Shown piece by piece: positions 12,421 through 25,295 of a stretch of 64,000 nt of DNA; the first letter of the stretch is position 1, and every line of letters starts with the position of its first letter. The notes below the pieces were generated by a model. That model was given only the letters and a program-made list of their open reading frames with translations. It ran no database searches and had not been told where the DNA came from. The position numbers were made by a program, and so were the translations under genes. Where the stretch lies: NCBI RefSeq assembly GCF_032191835.1, contig NC_083224.1, positions 170,004,001 through 170,068,000 of the forward strand, in the 5' to 3' direction. The stretch comes from Heteronotia binoei (lineage: Eukaryota).

Positions 12421-14353
12421 TGGGGGGGGTTACATTGGCTCCTGGGATGCCTGGGGAAAAGGTGGATACACAAATATTTTAAATTAAACAAGTATGCCCA
12501 GCAGACCCAGACAGGTGTGTCCACCACGTGGGCATGAGCCTGCTTCCTCTCCACCACTTCCAGCACAGCCTCTACAGACATGGGATCACACAAACGAGGC
12601 CTTAATGAAATTGCTGCCTGACCTGCGTCGTACTGCCGTTCTCCTTACCATAGATTACAGCCTCAAAGTGGCTTCAACCAAGACTGATTTCTCACACTGA
12701 GGTGAAAGAATCTTTAATATGACATTTTTATAAGTCCCTTAGCCAACAAATGGCAGAATCGAGTGACTGAACAGGAGGATTTGGAGATTAGGAGGGGGAA
12801 ACATCCAAGCTTCTTAACTAGGGATTACCAAAAACAGTACATGAGGAAATGAGTTAAAACGAGTGCTAAATTCCTATCAGTCTACACTTCCTACCTTGCT
12901 ATGAATATTCCATCCTTTGAAAATATAGGCGTTCTGTGTTTTTAGGTGAAAATGCCTCTAGATTGCAGTTCTTTTGTCACATGGTTCAAGTGGTAGCCTA
13001 CAGCACAATCCCCTTCCAGTTATACTGCACCCAGAAAGAGTCAAGGAGCGGATTTTATCCCCTGGTAGAGGGCCTGGCATTGGCCTCACTGCAGCAGAGC
13101 AATGACTATATTCTGAAAAGCTATATCCTGAGGGCTGGTGAGAAAGAAACCAATAATGGACCTTGCAGAAGAGACTAGGGGGTCAAAGGGTAGTAAAGTA
13201 AAAACTCATGCTGGGATATTTTCACATCTTCACTGCAATGAAAAAGGTGTCTCTTGAATTAGGGCTCATGAGAATAGCCAACTCTGAACAAACTGGCTGC
13301 TGTGAAAGGGGGTGTGCGAGCCGTCACTCTGGGGAAACCTTCAGGTGGGATCTGCCAGTTATGCAGCAGCAAAGACAGACAATATTTTCTTAATTCAGAA
13401 ATCCATCGTGACTTTCTTCCTGCCAGATCCATTTACTGACCGTGAAAGTACAGTACGTTTCACTGCCTGAGTTCTTTCTTATTCTCCTGAAGTGAGCAGA
13501 AAAACAGCTACTTAAAAGCCTATTTAATTCTTATAACATCTACTTCAATCTTCCCTTGGGGGAAAAAAACCCCAGTCTGAATAAAAATGTGAGCTTATAT
13601 TAAAGAGACTACCGCAGTCTCTTTTTTTTGCCCTCTCTACTAGCTTGAGAGAGCGGCATCAGTCTAAGCTGTGGTAAAAGTTTTGAGCCTGGCTCAATTT
13701 CATTGTCAACAAATTAATTAAAAAGGACAAAATTCAACAGAAATTGTGAATATTAAGGCGGGTTATTTTGGAAAAGAGGACTGATGGGACTAGCCCTTAA
13801 GCTGCTTTCATCCCTTAACAAAGCACCAAGAGAACTTTTAAAGATTCCAGCTGCCAAAAGATTATCTGGGGTGGTGGGAAGGTTAGGAGAAAGCTTCTAA
13901 AGAATGAGACTGCCAACACAGTACCACCAAATGATGGTGGCTCTTCAAGGGGGAAAAACAGTGACTGGGGGTGAGCTCATAAATTATCTATTTAAATGAA
14001 GGACCACATATACAGAACCCTCTACGTATCTGCAATGGCTTCTGGTTCCAACACCTATTCAAGTCATCAGTTGCTGAAGAGACTTCTTCTAGCCCCTAGT
14101 GTTGTGCATTCACCTGGTTTCATTCCTATTTCCCCTTCCAGATGAAGCAGCACCAGTCAATACCAGAGAAGTGAAGGAAAGCCCAATTTATCTCTATGTT
14201 CCTTCTGGCAAGAAATATGAGGAGCTGCTGTAAGTGGGCAATGATTCTCTTCTTGCCTGACGTGCTGGCCAAGGTAAGGGCTGTACAAAGACTCAGGGTG
14301 TGTCACAGCTGTCTGAACTGGTGGGTCACTGCAGGCTCAGGGAGGTTCTAGCA

Positions 14354-14930
14354 CAGGGGTGTCAAATTCATTTGTTATGAGGGCCAGATCTGACATAAAT
14401 GAGACCTTGTTGGGCAAGGCCATGTGTGTCATAAAATGTAATACCAAGTAGCAGAGATATAAACTTTATAAAGAACACAGACAAAGATTTTTTTTAAAGC
14501 TTTAAATAAAACATGCTTAAAACATTAACACTCATTAGTTGTAAAGGTGTGTTCTATCTCTCCCGTGCAATCCAGGGAACTGGGCAAAGGAAGCGCTGGT
14601 TCTTCCCTTCCTTTCCCAGGGGACCAGGAGAGGGAGGAGCCTCAGCCAATAGCAAGAAGAGAGGCCTGGCTCAGTAGCTCTGCTGTACAATTGAGAGAGC
14701 CTGGCAAAGCAAGCCATCCCTTCCCCCTCTTCCCCAAGGGAGGAGCCTCAGCCAATGGAGAAAACAGAGGCTTTGCTCTGTAGCTCCTATGTGATTGAGC
14801 AAGCTTAGCAAAGCAAGCTGTGATACAGAAGAAAGCAAGAGAGAGGGAGAAGGAATCAGACGACAGCTAGTTGCTTGGGGGCCTGATAGGAGCCCTTCAG
14901 GGGCCTGATTTGGCATGTTTGATACCCCTG
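14354..14930 (+). mobile_element. hAT (Charlie-like) MITE
   Basis: TIRs caggggtgtcaaa / tttgatacccctg; 8-bp TSD ttctagca / ctctagca. Confidence 0.88.
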
Positions 14931-15125
14931 CTCTAGCACATCCGTTAATGAGCATCTGCTATGCAAGCTTAGCCCAGCATCTCTAACCTCAAACTAAGAT
15001 CAACTAGACTAACTAGGCCAAAGCTTTATAAAGTTCCACGGTCTCTGCATACTGGAGCCAACTCAAGTGATTGCATCAAGAAATTCCTAGGAAGCATCCC
15101 TTCAAGCCAAAGCACAAAGCCCTAC

Positions 15126-15564
15126 CTGCACCGCCACATTCTGCTTCCCTGCTTCCTGCATCTTTTCCAGGCCGCACTTCTTGGTCTCATTCTTCCTCTT
15201 GTTGTTGTTGTCCTTCTTCCCATCGTTTTTATTGGCTGTTATTCCTTTGCTGTAATCCCTTCTTTCCCTACTCACTTCCTTTGTTAGATAGCCTCGGCCT
15301 GGCTCTCGGTTTACCTCTCGTGGTTTAATGTTCTCTTTGAATGTCACCATTGGCTTATCTCCTGTGTCGCAGCTGCTGCTTAGGTTTCGACCTGTCGACA
15401 GCACTGACTTAAGTCCTGGACTCCCATCTGCAAACTGTGGCTCTGTAAGGGAGGCTTCCTGCAGAACGAGACTCTGTTTGGCTTCGCTAGGCTCGTCAAG
15501 TAGTAACTCTGGGATCTCGGTCAAGAACAGGAGCTTCCCGATCTCATTTTCACACTGGATCAGC
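15126..15564 (-). CDS. SMG7: SMG7 exon 14 (439 nt; RLIQCENEIGKLLFLTEIPELLL...KQNVAVQ), with internal alternative donor at 15275
   Basis: ttaaag|...|gtaggg; overlaps track ORF 15102..15524. Confidence 0.95.
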
Positions 15565-16621
15565 CTTTAATGACAGAAACAAAAAGGTGTCGACCTTATA
15601 TTGATTGTCATATTTGGTGGCCACGAGCCACGCACAAAACAGAAAGCAAAGCAAGCATAATAACCTTCTGAGATCAGAACCAGCAAAACACAGGGAGCAA
15701 GATGAAGGTAACTTCTGAAGCCAGCTGCAAAAAGTATCCTAGTTCCTTAGAGCAGTAAGCAAACAGCCTTGCATGTTTCCCAGTTCATATCAGATGAAGG
15801 CAAGGACAAGCAGTTTAGGACACATCTTATGTTAAAGGTTCATTTTGCGAATTGAGGCAACAGCCTAATTATGTTTAATGTCACACTGAATGCCAACTAA
15901 CCAGCAGTTAACGAGTGTGAGGTTGTTTCTGAAAGCATACAGGAAATGGCCAAGGAAACTTGGGAGAAGCCTTTAATGAAAATAAAAGCTGGAAACTGAA
16001 AACATCTCATTATAAAGTTGGTAATGAGGATGTAACTTTACATGATAAAAGGAAAGTCTACAAAGATCTCTCTTAGCATGAATGTATTGGAAGCGTTTAA
16101 AGGAGATCTTGATTATTCATGCAGGGTTTTTTTTGTAAAAAAGAATCCTCTAACTATCCAAGGAACTCTCAGTCCACTTTTCACTTCTAACCTAGCAATA
16201 CTATAAGGGAGGCTAGGCTGAAACTGCGCATGACTGGTCCAAAGTCACCCAATAAGTTTCAAGGCAAAATGGAAATTAGAACCTGAGCCTCTCTCATCAC
16301 AGTACAACACTACCCACTACACCCCACTAGTTCTCTTACCAGGAAGAGAAACTATTTGGGTTCTTCTTGGAAATGTCCAGTGTCACCGAAACAGCTATCC
16401 GAAATATGAAGTAGCTACAAGACTGCCTTTTCCTCCAACTATGGCTTTACTTTTGTTTGCACAGCAACCCACAAGAACAGAACCCAGTTAAGTCATTGTA
16501 CTGAATGCAGCGTTTGTAACTACATTACAGATGTGGTTTCCGGTTCTCTTGGTTCCCAAGTTTTTCCCCAATAACCGAATGTTAAAGATAATGGCTACTG
16601 TGATAAAGTATCTAGAACAAC

Positions 16622-16810
16622 CATTGTAGCTCAGCAATAAGGTACGCTTTGCGCATGTGAAGTCCCAGGTTCAATTCCCAGAATTTCCAATTAAAAGATT
16701 TCAGGTTTCAGAGCTGAGAACCTGTGACTTTGGAGACTTACTGTGAGTCAGACAATACTATTCTAGACCAATACTACCCTGGACTAATAAAACAGTGCAT
16801 AAGACAGCTT
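16622..16810 (+). mobile_element. Squam2-like tRNA SINE (other copies: 26175-26350 minus, 37230-37400 plus, 39455-39640 minus)
   Basis: tRNA A/B-box-like head gtagctcag...ggttcaattccc; body homologous to the 58434 copy. Confidence 0.55.
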
Positions 16811-17120
16811 GATAATGGCCTTCTCTGACAGATATCCAACTAATACGCACGCTGCAGCCCCATAAACTCAAGGCGCATTTCCATAGATGCATGCTAAACA
16901 GGCTGCTTGCTTCCTAAAATGGGTATACATTCTGCACTTCCCCTTCACTAAGTGACTACTGTGACAAACACACTCTCACACATTGCCTTTCGCAGTGTCA
17001 ACTATAATGTCCTGCAGCACATTTCCAACACCTGTTGTTATCAACAAGCACATCACCATCAAGCAGCAGACGCATCACGCACAGGAGGGTGAGGGATGAT
17101 GCCAGCAGCTGTGCCGATAC

Positions 17121-17240
17121 CTTGGCTGGTTGTCAGCAATCCATTTGCCAGTGAAGATCAGGCGCTGCTGCCGTAGACGCCGATGCTGCCCTTCTTTGTC
17201 GCCGGTAATCCCCTGATGGCCTTTGGAGAAATCTAAGTTC
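17121..17240 (-). CDS. SMG7: SMG7 exon 13 (120 nt; RNLDFSKGHQGITGDKEGQHRRLRQQRLIFTGKWIADNQP)
   Basis: aactag|...|gtatcg; translation matches SMG7. Confidence 0.96.
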
Positions 17241-19015
17241 CTAGTTATGTTAACATAAACATAGAAAGAAAAGTCGGGCTATAAACCAGACACAAAGAGA
17301 CACATGAGAGAACGACGACACAGTGAAGTTCATGTCGCTGCATGACTCATTTTTAGTATGAAATTGTAAACAATGGCTCTCCAAAGTTCTACACCCGGGG
17401 TACACCATGAGGCTCCCTCATTTCCCAACCCTTCTATGGCAGGGGTGGCTGAGGCTGATGGGTGTTGTAGGCAAAAACCATCTGGAGAGCTACTGCTGGC
17501 CACCCCTGTTCTATGGTATCTCTCCTATCAAACCAGAAGGACTGTGCATGTTTTCCAATATGGGAGCTTGTTGACTCTATAGGTTAGCATCTGCATCTCC
17601 CTGTTCACTTGGTAGTTTCTCTACATGAGTGGAGCAAGGAAGTACATGAGGCCAAGACCTGCTCCTGATGTACCTTGGATAGAATAATAAAGTCTAGATA
17701 GTCTCTAAGACTCAAAATTCCTGTAGCGCTAGAATCTAGACTGATCCATAACCAGGATTATACAAACTACCCAGAAAAAAAGATTTGGTAACTTCTCTCA
17801 GTGAAAACAAACGAAAAAACACCTTAGTGTAGCAAATTCCTTGATGCTTAGCTACAGATGCTTCATTCACTCTGCCAACCTGATACAGCCACTATTTTTC
17901 TCCATTACTGCCAATTTTTGGATGTCTAAAACTAGTATTATGTCATCCATTTTGTATTGCCTAGGCCAGCCCCTAGTTTTACAACATGGCCAAAGTGGAC
18001 TGCCAGCAATGCTGTTATCACTGGCCCTTTCCAAACATAACCCTCTTGCCTGAAAACCTCCAGCTGTCAGTTACTGCTTTATGCCAACCATGGAACCATC
18101 ATCACCTCCTTTACACCCCTTTCTCATGCCATGTTTTCTCTGTCTCACCCCTGATAACTCACTCTTGAGTAATTTATCATGTTAACATGAAAGCATAAAA
18201 ACAAATGGTATAGGATCTTGGAATTTTTTCAAAAGATGTGTAACGTAAGATGTGTCACACACATTTAAATGCAGAGATCCTGCTAAGCTATCACAAAAAG
18301 ACATACAATAATCAGACATCAAAATGGAAAGATTCCAACCAATGGATTCCAACCAATAAGGTTTGAAGCAGTGGACGTCCTTATTTCCATCTGCTTGGCC
18401 TCCCTTGCCTGTCATGATGCTATCTTATTTTAATCTTAATCTGTTATTCCACCTCTGAGCCTACTGCTGTACGGATATATAGAATGCGCCCAATGGAAAC
18501 CACCGTCTGTGACATATATGCTCTTTGTTTTATTGTATTGTATGGTTTTAGCGTGTAGTTTTTCATTGTTTTAACTTCTGTTGTTATCCGCCCTGAGCCC
18601 CTTTCCTTTCCAAAAGGAGAATCCAGAAGTGGTTCATGTATAGATCTGAAAACACTCAGGCTTGGTCTCAAACAGAGGCTGGAAATACTAGCTCACTAAT
18701 GAATGCAAATTTCCCCAAATACACTTACTAATGCAGTATGAGGTCTGAATAGGTCCCAAAGTACCGGTAGATTGCAGGAAAATGTAATAAACATTGGACT
18801 TTTTGTTTAACCAGCTACAAAAGAAAAAAACCCCATACACTTTATTAAATATTTTCCTCTGCCAATACAGAAATAAAATACTACAATTTGGGATTGCAGT
18901 GCATATTCTGATATAGCTGGGGATGGGGAATCATTTTTACCACCACCTGAACTGGGTGGGAAAGTGAAATAAAATATACATATAAGGTGAAACTGACATT
19001 TTCTATGTGTGTGTG

Positions 19016-19117
19016 TTTACATCATGGCTCAGGAAAAGTTTGCACCACATTTACATCACGGCTCAGGAAAAGTTTGCACCACTTTTACATCACGGCTCAG
19101 GAAAAGTTTGCACCACA
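19016..19117. repeat. Minisatellite, 3 x 34 bp
   Basis: Unit tttacatca(t/c)ggctcaggaaaagtttgcaccac(a/t). Confidence 0.95.
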
Positions 19118-19260
19118 ACAAATTTGCTAGTGTTTAAGGTACCCCAAGGCTATCAACATTTTGGCATCAATAGACTAGCATTGTTCCTCCCCCCTCCAAC
19201 ACCTAAAACTCAAGACATTATAGCTTTCCTCCTAGACTGATCTCTCTCTCTCTTTTTGCT

Positions 19261-19451
19261 ATCAAGTCACAGCCTTCTTATAGAGACCCCATGGGGTTTT
19301 CAAAGCAAGAGGTGGTTTGCCACTGCCTGCCTCCATGTTATGACCCTGTCATTACTCGGAGGTCTCCCAATGAAATACTAGCTGGGGGCTGACTCTGCTT
19401 AGCTTCCAAGATCTGATGAGAATGGGCTATCCTGGGTGATGCAGGTCAGGG
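19261..19451 (-). mobile_element. 5S-derived SINE
   Basis: ggtctccc...ctgcttagcttccaagatctgatgag matches reverse 5S core. Confidence 0.7.
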
Positions 19452-19761
19452 GTACTCTCACATCTACAGCTATATACATTATTCCTGACAGATGCTTTGT
19501 CAAACCAAATGCTCTATCAGGTTGGAATTTTATTTTGGTAAGAAGAAGGAACATGCTCCCTAAAAAGAACTTCTCCATTAGATATACTTTCCACCTTTTC
19601 AGAGTTGAATCCTAAGAGCTGACTGTGGTGAAGAGGAGAGTGGAGAAATAAACATGGACACCACAAAACTGGTAATGACAGCTTATTCAAAATGGCTTAA
19701 CAAGTACCAAAGTAGACCACTGGCCACCATGTATAAATCACTATCTCCAAAAGCCACTCAC

Positions 19762-19822
19762 CTGAAGGAAGGTCTCAGAGCTAGGAATCCCTGCAGCTCA
19801 AACTCCTCAGGAAGTGGAGTTG
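19762..19822 (-). CDS. SMG7: SMG7 exon 12 (61 nt; ATPLPEEFELQGFLALRPSF)
   Basis: cactag|...|gtgagt; conserved LPEEFELQGF motif. Confidence 0.96.
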
Positions 19823-20611
19823 CTAGTGAACAACCAGACAGAGGGAAATATGAGTAAATGTGCAGGAATGCCCTGCATCAACCAGTCTATTGCCCTTTGT
19901 TATTAAACTTAAGCAAAGTTAAGCACTTTGATGTTCCACAGATTTCTGCTAATAAAAATTAAACATGTTCTCTACAAATGATAGCCACACAAATGCATAG
20001 AAGTATTATTCACATGTATTCCCCCACCCAAGATTCGTTTAGTGTAGAACGGAACAAAGTTACATCCAAAGGGAGGTTCATAAATAATTAGGGCTCTAGT
20101 TTTAAGACTCACTTTGAAAGAAGTGAGTCTGATGGCAGCAAAATTATTTTTTTAAATGCTTGTTTCACCAAAGCTGCCTATTAATTAATTTGTTCTCAGT
20201 GGCTGCTTCTTGGTGGCTTTGTGTTCCTTTCTTGCCCTAGTCTTAAATGGCCCACACTGTCATTTCATCAGATGGGCTGTGGTAATCCATGCAATTTTGT
20301 ATAGGGTGGTCTATAACATGATGCCAGATGGGGCATTGTAATGTCTCCCATCATGTGTATTGCTTAAACTGCAGTCAGACTAGAAAACCATATGAACAAA
20401 ACAGAGTTAGAGAAAGGAAGGGGGAAAGTGATATCAAGAACAGTATCAAAAACACCACAACAATGTACTCTACAAGTGCGGGGGTGGGGGTGGGAGGATC
20501 GCTGGCATCAGAAGGCAAACAGTGAATTCAAACTAGAGAACATGTTTTGTTCTTCCCCCACCCCAACCACTCACTCAACTGTACATTTCATGGACCACTA
20601 GATATCCTTAC

Positions 20612-20682
20612 CATTTGGGCAGGAGAGGTCTTCCTCATGAGGTTGGAAACTGTTTAGAAGGGAGATGAGCCATGGCCAAATA
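20612..20682 (-). CDS. SMG7: SMG7 exon 11 (71 nt; YIWPWLISLLNSFQPHEEDLSCPN)
   Basis: ctgcag|...|gtaagg; phase consistent. Confidence 0.95.
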
Positions 20683-22394
20683 CTGCAGATTAAGAATAGG
20701 CATGTTTTTACATTTATGCAATATGCCAGTGTTTCTCTCATGCATTTCACTCTTCCTTCCTACAATGCTTCTCACTGTGCCCGAACAGCCTCCCTCCACT
20801 GCACTTCTATCAGGATGCATCCAATTTTTTGTCTTTAAAAAGAATAAACACTTCCTCTCTCATTCTCTTTTCCTGAAAACACCTAGCACCCATGCTGTTA
20901 TGCATCAGTGCTATATTTGGCAAGGACCTTGGAATCATGTCGACTCGATGTTTGCCCTAAATAGATGTTAAAGTAGTAGTTGCATTTTATGAGATGTCTG
21001 ACAGAGCTGTCATCACTCATCCCCCATTAGAATAATGCCTTCTCATTCTCCTTAGTTGACTGCCAACTGGCTTTTCTACTGCAGCAACATCTGCATGCAC
21101 GGATGGGCAGACAACAGGAAAAAAGTGTCAGATTTCTCCTTTGGGATGGGGCCTGAAAAGGTAAATATGTCCTTGGAAGTCAGGGACACTTCTAAGGAAC
21201 TACAGTTGCCTTTTCTTCTGAAAAACTCCTGAGAAATCCCTGGCTTTTCCCACATTGTCCAAAACCATTAGGCCTCCAACAGTTTGGATGTACAGCATTT
21301 CATTTTCCCCATTCATTGCAAAGTGCCAGCAAGCCCCAGTTTTTTCTGATGTGGGGCCTGAGGAGCTGTGCAGACAGCAAGCAGAAAGATTAGCAGCAGC
21401 TGTTTTCATTCGATGCTTATCTTCAGCAGCCACTGCCATCCTACACTATGTCCTTCTCTGAAAGACTGTTCAAGTCAAGAAAGAAGATGATGGGACAACT
21501 TGGGAAGTACCTGTACTTCTCCATGGTTCCATATTTCCTTGGATGAAATAGGGAATTAATTTGCTTTCTAGGGTCATAACAAGCAGGGCCAGATTTGGGA
21601 TTAGAGTCCTTGGCCTCAATTCAGGGGCTTGGGGAGGGGGGAGCAGGTGGAACCCTGAAGAACGCATGACCATTTAAAGGAAGAGGCAGAAAATCATTAA
21701 GTCCAGACTAGTCTAAAATTACTTAACTGCACTATAAGTATATATTTTATCCATAACAAGTAGGTAGCACCTGTTATAACCCCATACTAATTAAATGGTG
21801 TCTACTGTATACCAAAGATTAAGAACCTCCAATTCAGATGTGAAGAACACTGTACAGGTTAATGCAGGCTGCACAGATCAGGTACTGAATAGTACAGGTG
21901 GTTGACACTATCCTGAAAGACCAAGATTAGCCTAATGGACAGAGGGCTCTTCAATACAACTAAGCACAAAAAATACGCCTTTTGTCTCCTTCAGCGGTTC
22001 ACGGGGACATGATAACTGGAAGAGAAGATAGTGATCTTGAAATAAAAACCAGACTGCTGCATGCAAGCATTAAGCAGAATGACTGTTGCTTCTCCTTGCT
22101 GAAGGAAGTGTAGTTGTGGTCAGCCTGAGACAGGTTTCTATGGAGATGGGAGCCAAGTGCTTGTCAGCCCACCTGGTTACAATCAACGCAGCATTTTGGA
22201 ACAGGAAGACTGACTCTCCCTGAACTACAAAAAAATCAAAGGTACATAACCCACCGTGAAAACCAGCTTCTATTATTAAATTATACAAGGGCAACAAAAA
22301 TAAACACAAATTCCACCATCATAAATTACAAAAAACCCATAACTTTTAGTCTCCCTGAACTACGGCAGCTTCTGAGATGGAGGGTTTATAGTAG

Positions 22395-24390
22395 TGTTGA
22401 TTTAGAAGTTACAAGGGCCAGAAGCAAGAAAGAGGGGAGGCTCCCCTTCCTTCTTTTGGCTCCACAGCAGCAGAAAGGGGCCACTGTGGGCTGGCCTGCA
22501 GGAGAACCTGGAGACTGAAGTCTTCAATCTCATTCTCCACCTTCCCCATGACTGGGCTGCTGCCAAAGCCTTCCTTCAGTCAGCTCCAGCTTCAATCAAG
22601 TGAAGACTGCAGCAGGGAAGAGAAGAGATCAGTACTGGGAGAAGTGCCAGGAGAAGGAGGAGGTGCTGGTGAGTTTCTGCAGAGACCCTGGTGTGGGACT
22701 CAGCTCCTTTGAGTTGCTTTGGTGGTGAAGCTTAACCCCCACTGCAGTGTTTGAGGCAGATGACATCCCAGTACTGGCTGCTGCATCCCCAAATCTTCCC
22801 TGAGCTGTAATCACTCCACCCCAGCAGTGATTCTGCCACATCCCCAAAACCCCTCCAAGCCACAATCACCTCACAATTGCAACCATGTGCCCTCTTTTCT
22901 CACCACTCGCAAGCTGCTGATGCTGCTGTTGCCTTCTGAAGAGGCTGAAGTTGGGTGCACCAACAGCAACCACAATTCCCCTCCTCATACAGGCCTCCTC
23001 TCCAGAAGGCAGGCTGGGGACAAGAGACAATGTTGGACTGTGATTCGGCTACCCCATCCACCTGGGACTTGAGCCAATCACTCAGGTATGCAGCCATGTG
23101 GTACATACACACCTTTGAGAAGACCTCAGGAGGGCAAGTGTGGGCCCAGGCAGGATAAGAGAAGGGACAATAAAGGAGAGGTGGTCCATAACTGGTTGGC
23201 AGGGTCCAATCCACCTATCTGATCACAGCTGGCACTTAACCAATAATCTGTGGAATGTTTTACGGGCATGGTTCTTGGCGGGTGATACCACAACCACTGA
23301 TTACAATGAGGCATTCGTAAGTGGGCCTCTCACAGCCTGATGGCCAGGTGGGACCTGATTAATGATGTGGCAGCTAATCATAGGGCCCCACATCAAGGGC
23401 AGGTACAAACTATCCAGGGTGGTGAGGGGGGCTCAAACAGCCTGATGAGTGTACTGGAAATATAACCATGGCAAACGGAACTGTACCTGGAGCCAACCCT
23501 CTGCCACAGCCAACAACTAAGAAGATGGGGTGGTCATGCATGTCCCAACATTTTCTTCAGAAAGGCAGCTCTCTTCCTGGCAGACAGAGTGCATCTATCT
23601 AAATGGGGTCAGGGCGTTTGGCTTCATGGTATTTGCAGTTGATTGCTTTCTTGGGTACAGTTACAGGAGCTTTGATGAGAGCTGGACATTGTACCTGCCT
23701 CTGGTAGCAGTTTGGACATCAATTTTGGTGGCAGTTCCTATTTTAGGAGGAGGTGGTACCTGCATGTCTGCATTTTCAGGTAGGACCAGAACCAATGGGT
23801 TGAAATTAAATCAAAAGACTTTCCGGCTCAACATTAGGAAGAACTTCCTGACCGTTAGAGCAGTTCCTCAGTGAAACAGACTTCCTCAGGAGGTGGTGGG
23901 CTCTCCTTCCTTGGAGGTTTTTAAACAGAGGCTAGATGGCCATCTGACAGCAATGAGGATTCTGTGAATTTAGGGGCAGGTATCTGTGAGTTTCCTGTAC
24001 TGTGCAGGGGGTTGGACTAGATGCCCCTGGAGGGTCCTTCTAACTCTATGATTCTACATCCCCTGGCCTGAGAATCCCCATAAGGAGTATTAAGGATGGG
24101 TCAGTTAAGCTTGGAAGCTGCTGGGTGGCTCTCACCTTCAGAAGGCAGGGGAATCAAGCTGTGGTTTCCATCCATGTGTGACCACAAGACTTGATATTCC
24201 ACACTTCTCTCCCGCAGACGGGCTGGCTCGTTGGCCAATGGGCAGGTTGCCCGATGCAGGATCCATGCCCTATGCTGCACCAATGCTCCTGTGGTGGTGT
24301 TTAATAAAAGCTGTGGCCTGATTTTCTGCTTTGTGTGTTCCTTTGGCCTTGCTCCTTCCCTTGCCCCAGGACCAAAAGTATTACTCCTAT
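22395..24390 (+). mobile_element. Possible solo-LTR-like element interrupted by a CR1 tail
   Basis: GC-richer block with CCAAT motifs and aataaaagctgtggcc at 24303 followed by a GT/T-rich segment; ends and TSD not resolved. Confidence 0.3.
23780..24055 (+). mobile_element. CR1 3' fragment (ATTCTATG-tail subfamily)
   Basis: Frame RTNGLKLNQKTFRLNIRKNFLTVRAV; ends ggttggactagatg...ctctatgattcta. Confidence 0.85.
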
Positions 24391-24621
24391 CCCACGCTGG
24401 CCAATGAAGGATAGTAAGAGACCTTCTCTTAAATCAGCTACAGATCAAGAAAAGGGTGAGATCTGTACAACAGTTTCTGGTTCATAGTTTTGTCTTGGCC
24501 AACTACGCTATAAGAGCTCTCACTGAAATACTCACATTCTCCTATCACAAAGTTTTCATTAGTAGCTTGCTTTGCCCGAATGAACAACAACAAAAGATTA
24601 CGAAATAAAGTCAAGACTCAC

Positions 24622-24778
24622 TATTGTCGCTCGTCGACTACAGTTTCCTGAAATACACTGGGTCTTAGTTTCAGCCAGTCCATGGAGACTTTGAGAGCGG
24701 GTAGGGGATGAGAACCCCAAGATTCTTCCTGGTAATCATTCTGGAGTGGACATTTGCACAGGATTCCAAGGAAAGACA
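24622..24778 (-). CDS. SMG7: SMG7 exon 10 (157 nt; MSFLGILCKCPLQNDYQEESWGSHPLPALKVSMDWLKLRPSVFQETVVDERQ)
   Basis: ccgcag|...|gtgagt; inside track ORF 24621..24836. Confidence 0.96.
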
Positions 24779-24929
24779 CTGCGGATAAAAGATACGATGT
24801 TCTTCCATGGTGCATAGCTATCTTGCCACTGTACAAAGGGTGATGCTACTTTATGCTGAGAATGGGGCCAGTTCAAACAAGAAGAGGCACTGTACTACAG
24901 AACTTGTTCCCTGAGAATAATGACAAGAG

Positions 24930-25295
24930 TGGTGAGAAAGTACTTCTTCACCCAAAGGGTGATTCACATGGAATTCAGTGCCACAGGAGGTGGCGGCGGC
25001 TACAAGCATAGACAGCTTCAAGAGGGGACTGGATAAACATATGGAGCAGAGGTCCATCAGTGGCTATTAGCCACAGTGCATTGATAGAATGCTTTGTCTG
25101 GGGCAGTGATGCTCTGTATTCTTGGTGCTTGGGGGGGAGGGAGGCAACAGTGGGAGGGCTTCTAGTGTCCTAGCCCCACTGATGGACCTCCTGATGGCAC
25201 CTGGTGTTGTTGTTGTTTTGGCCACTGTGTAACACAGAGTGTTGGACTGGATGGGCCATTGGCCTGATCCAACATGGCTTCTCTTACGTTCTTAA
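24930..25295 (+). mobile_element. CR1 3' end fragment (TTCTTATG-tail subfamily)
   Basis: Homologous to the 3' ends of the 26424 and 46708 CR1 copies; tail ttctcttacgttctta. Confidence 0.85.

Noticed and set aside
17111-17120. U12-type intron at the exon 13 donor (GTATCG)
   Set aside because: It does not match GTATCCTT and there is no TCCTTAAC branch site near the acceptor.
19016-19117. CRISPR-like array (34-bp repeats)
   Set aside because: Repeats are head-to-tail with no unique spacers, there are no cas genes, and the context is a vertebrate intron.
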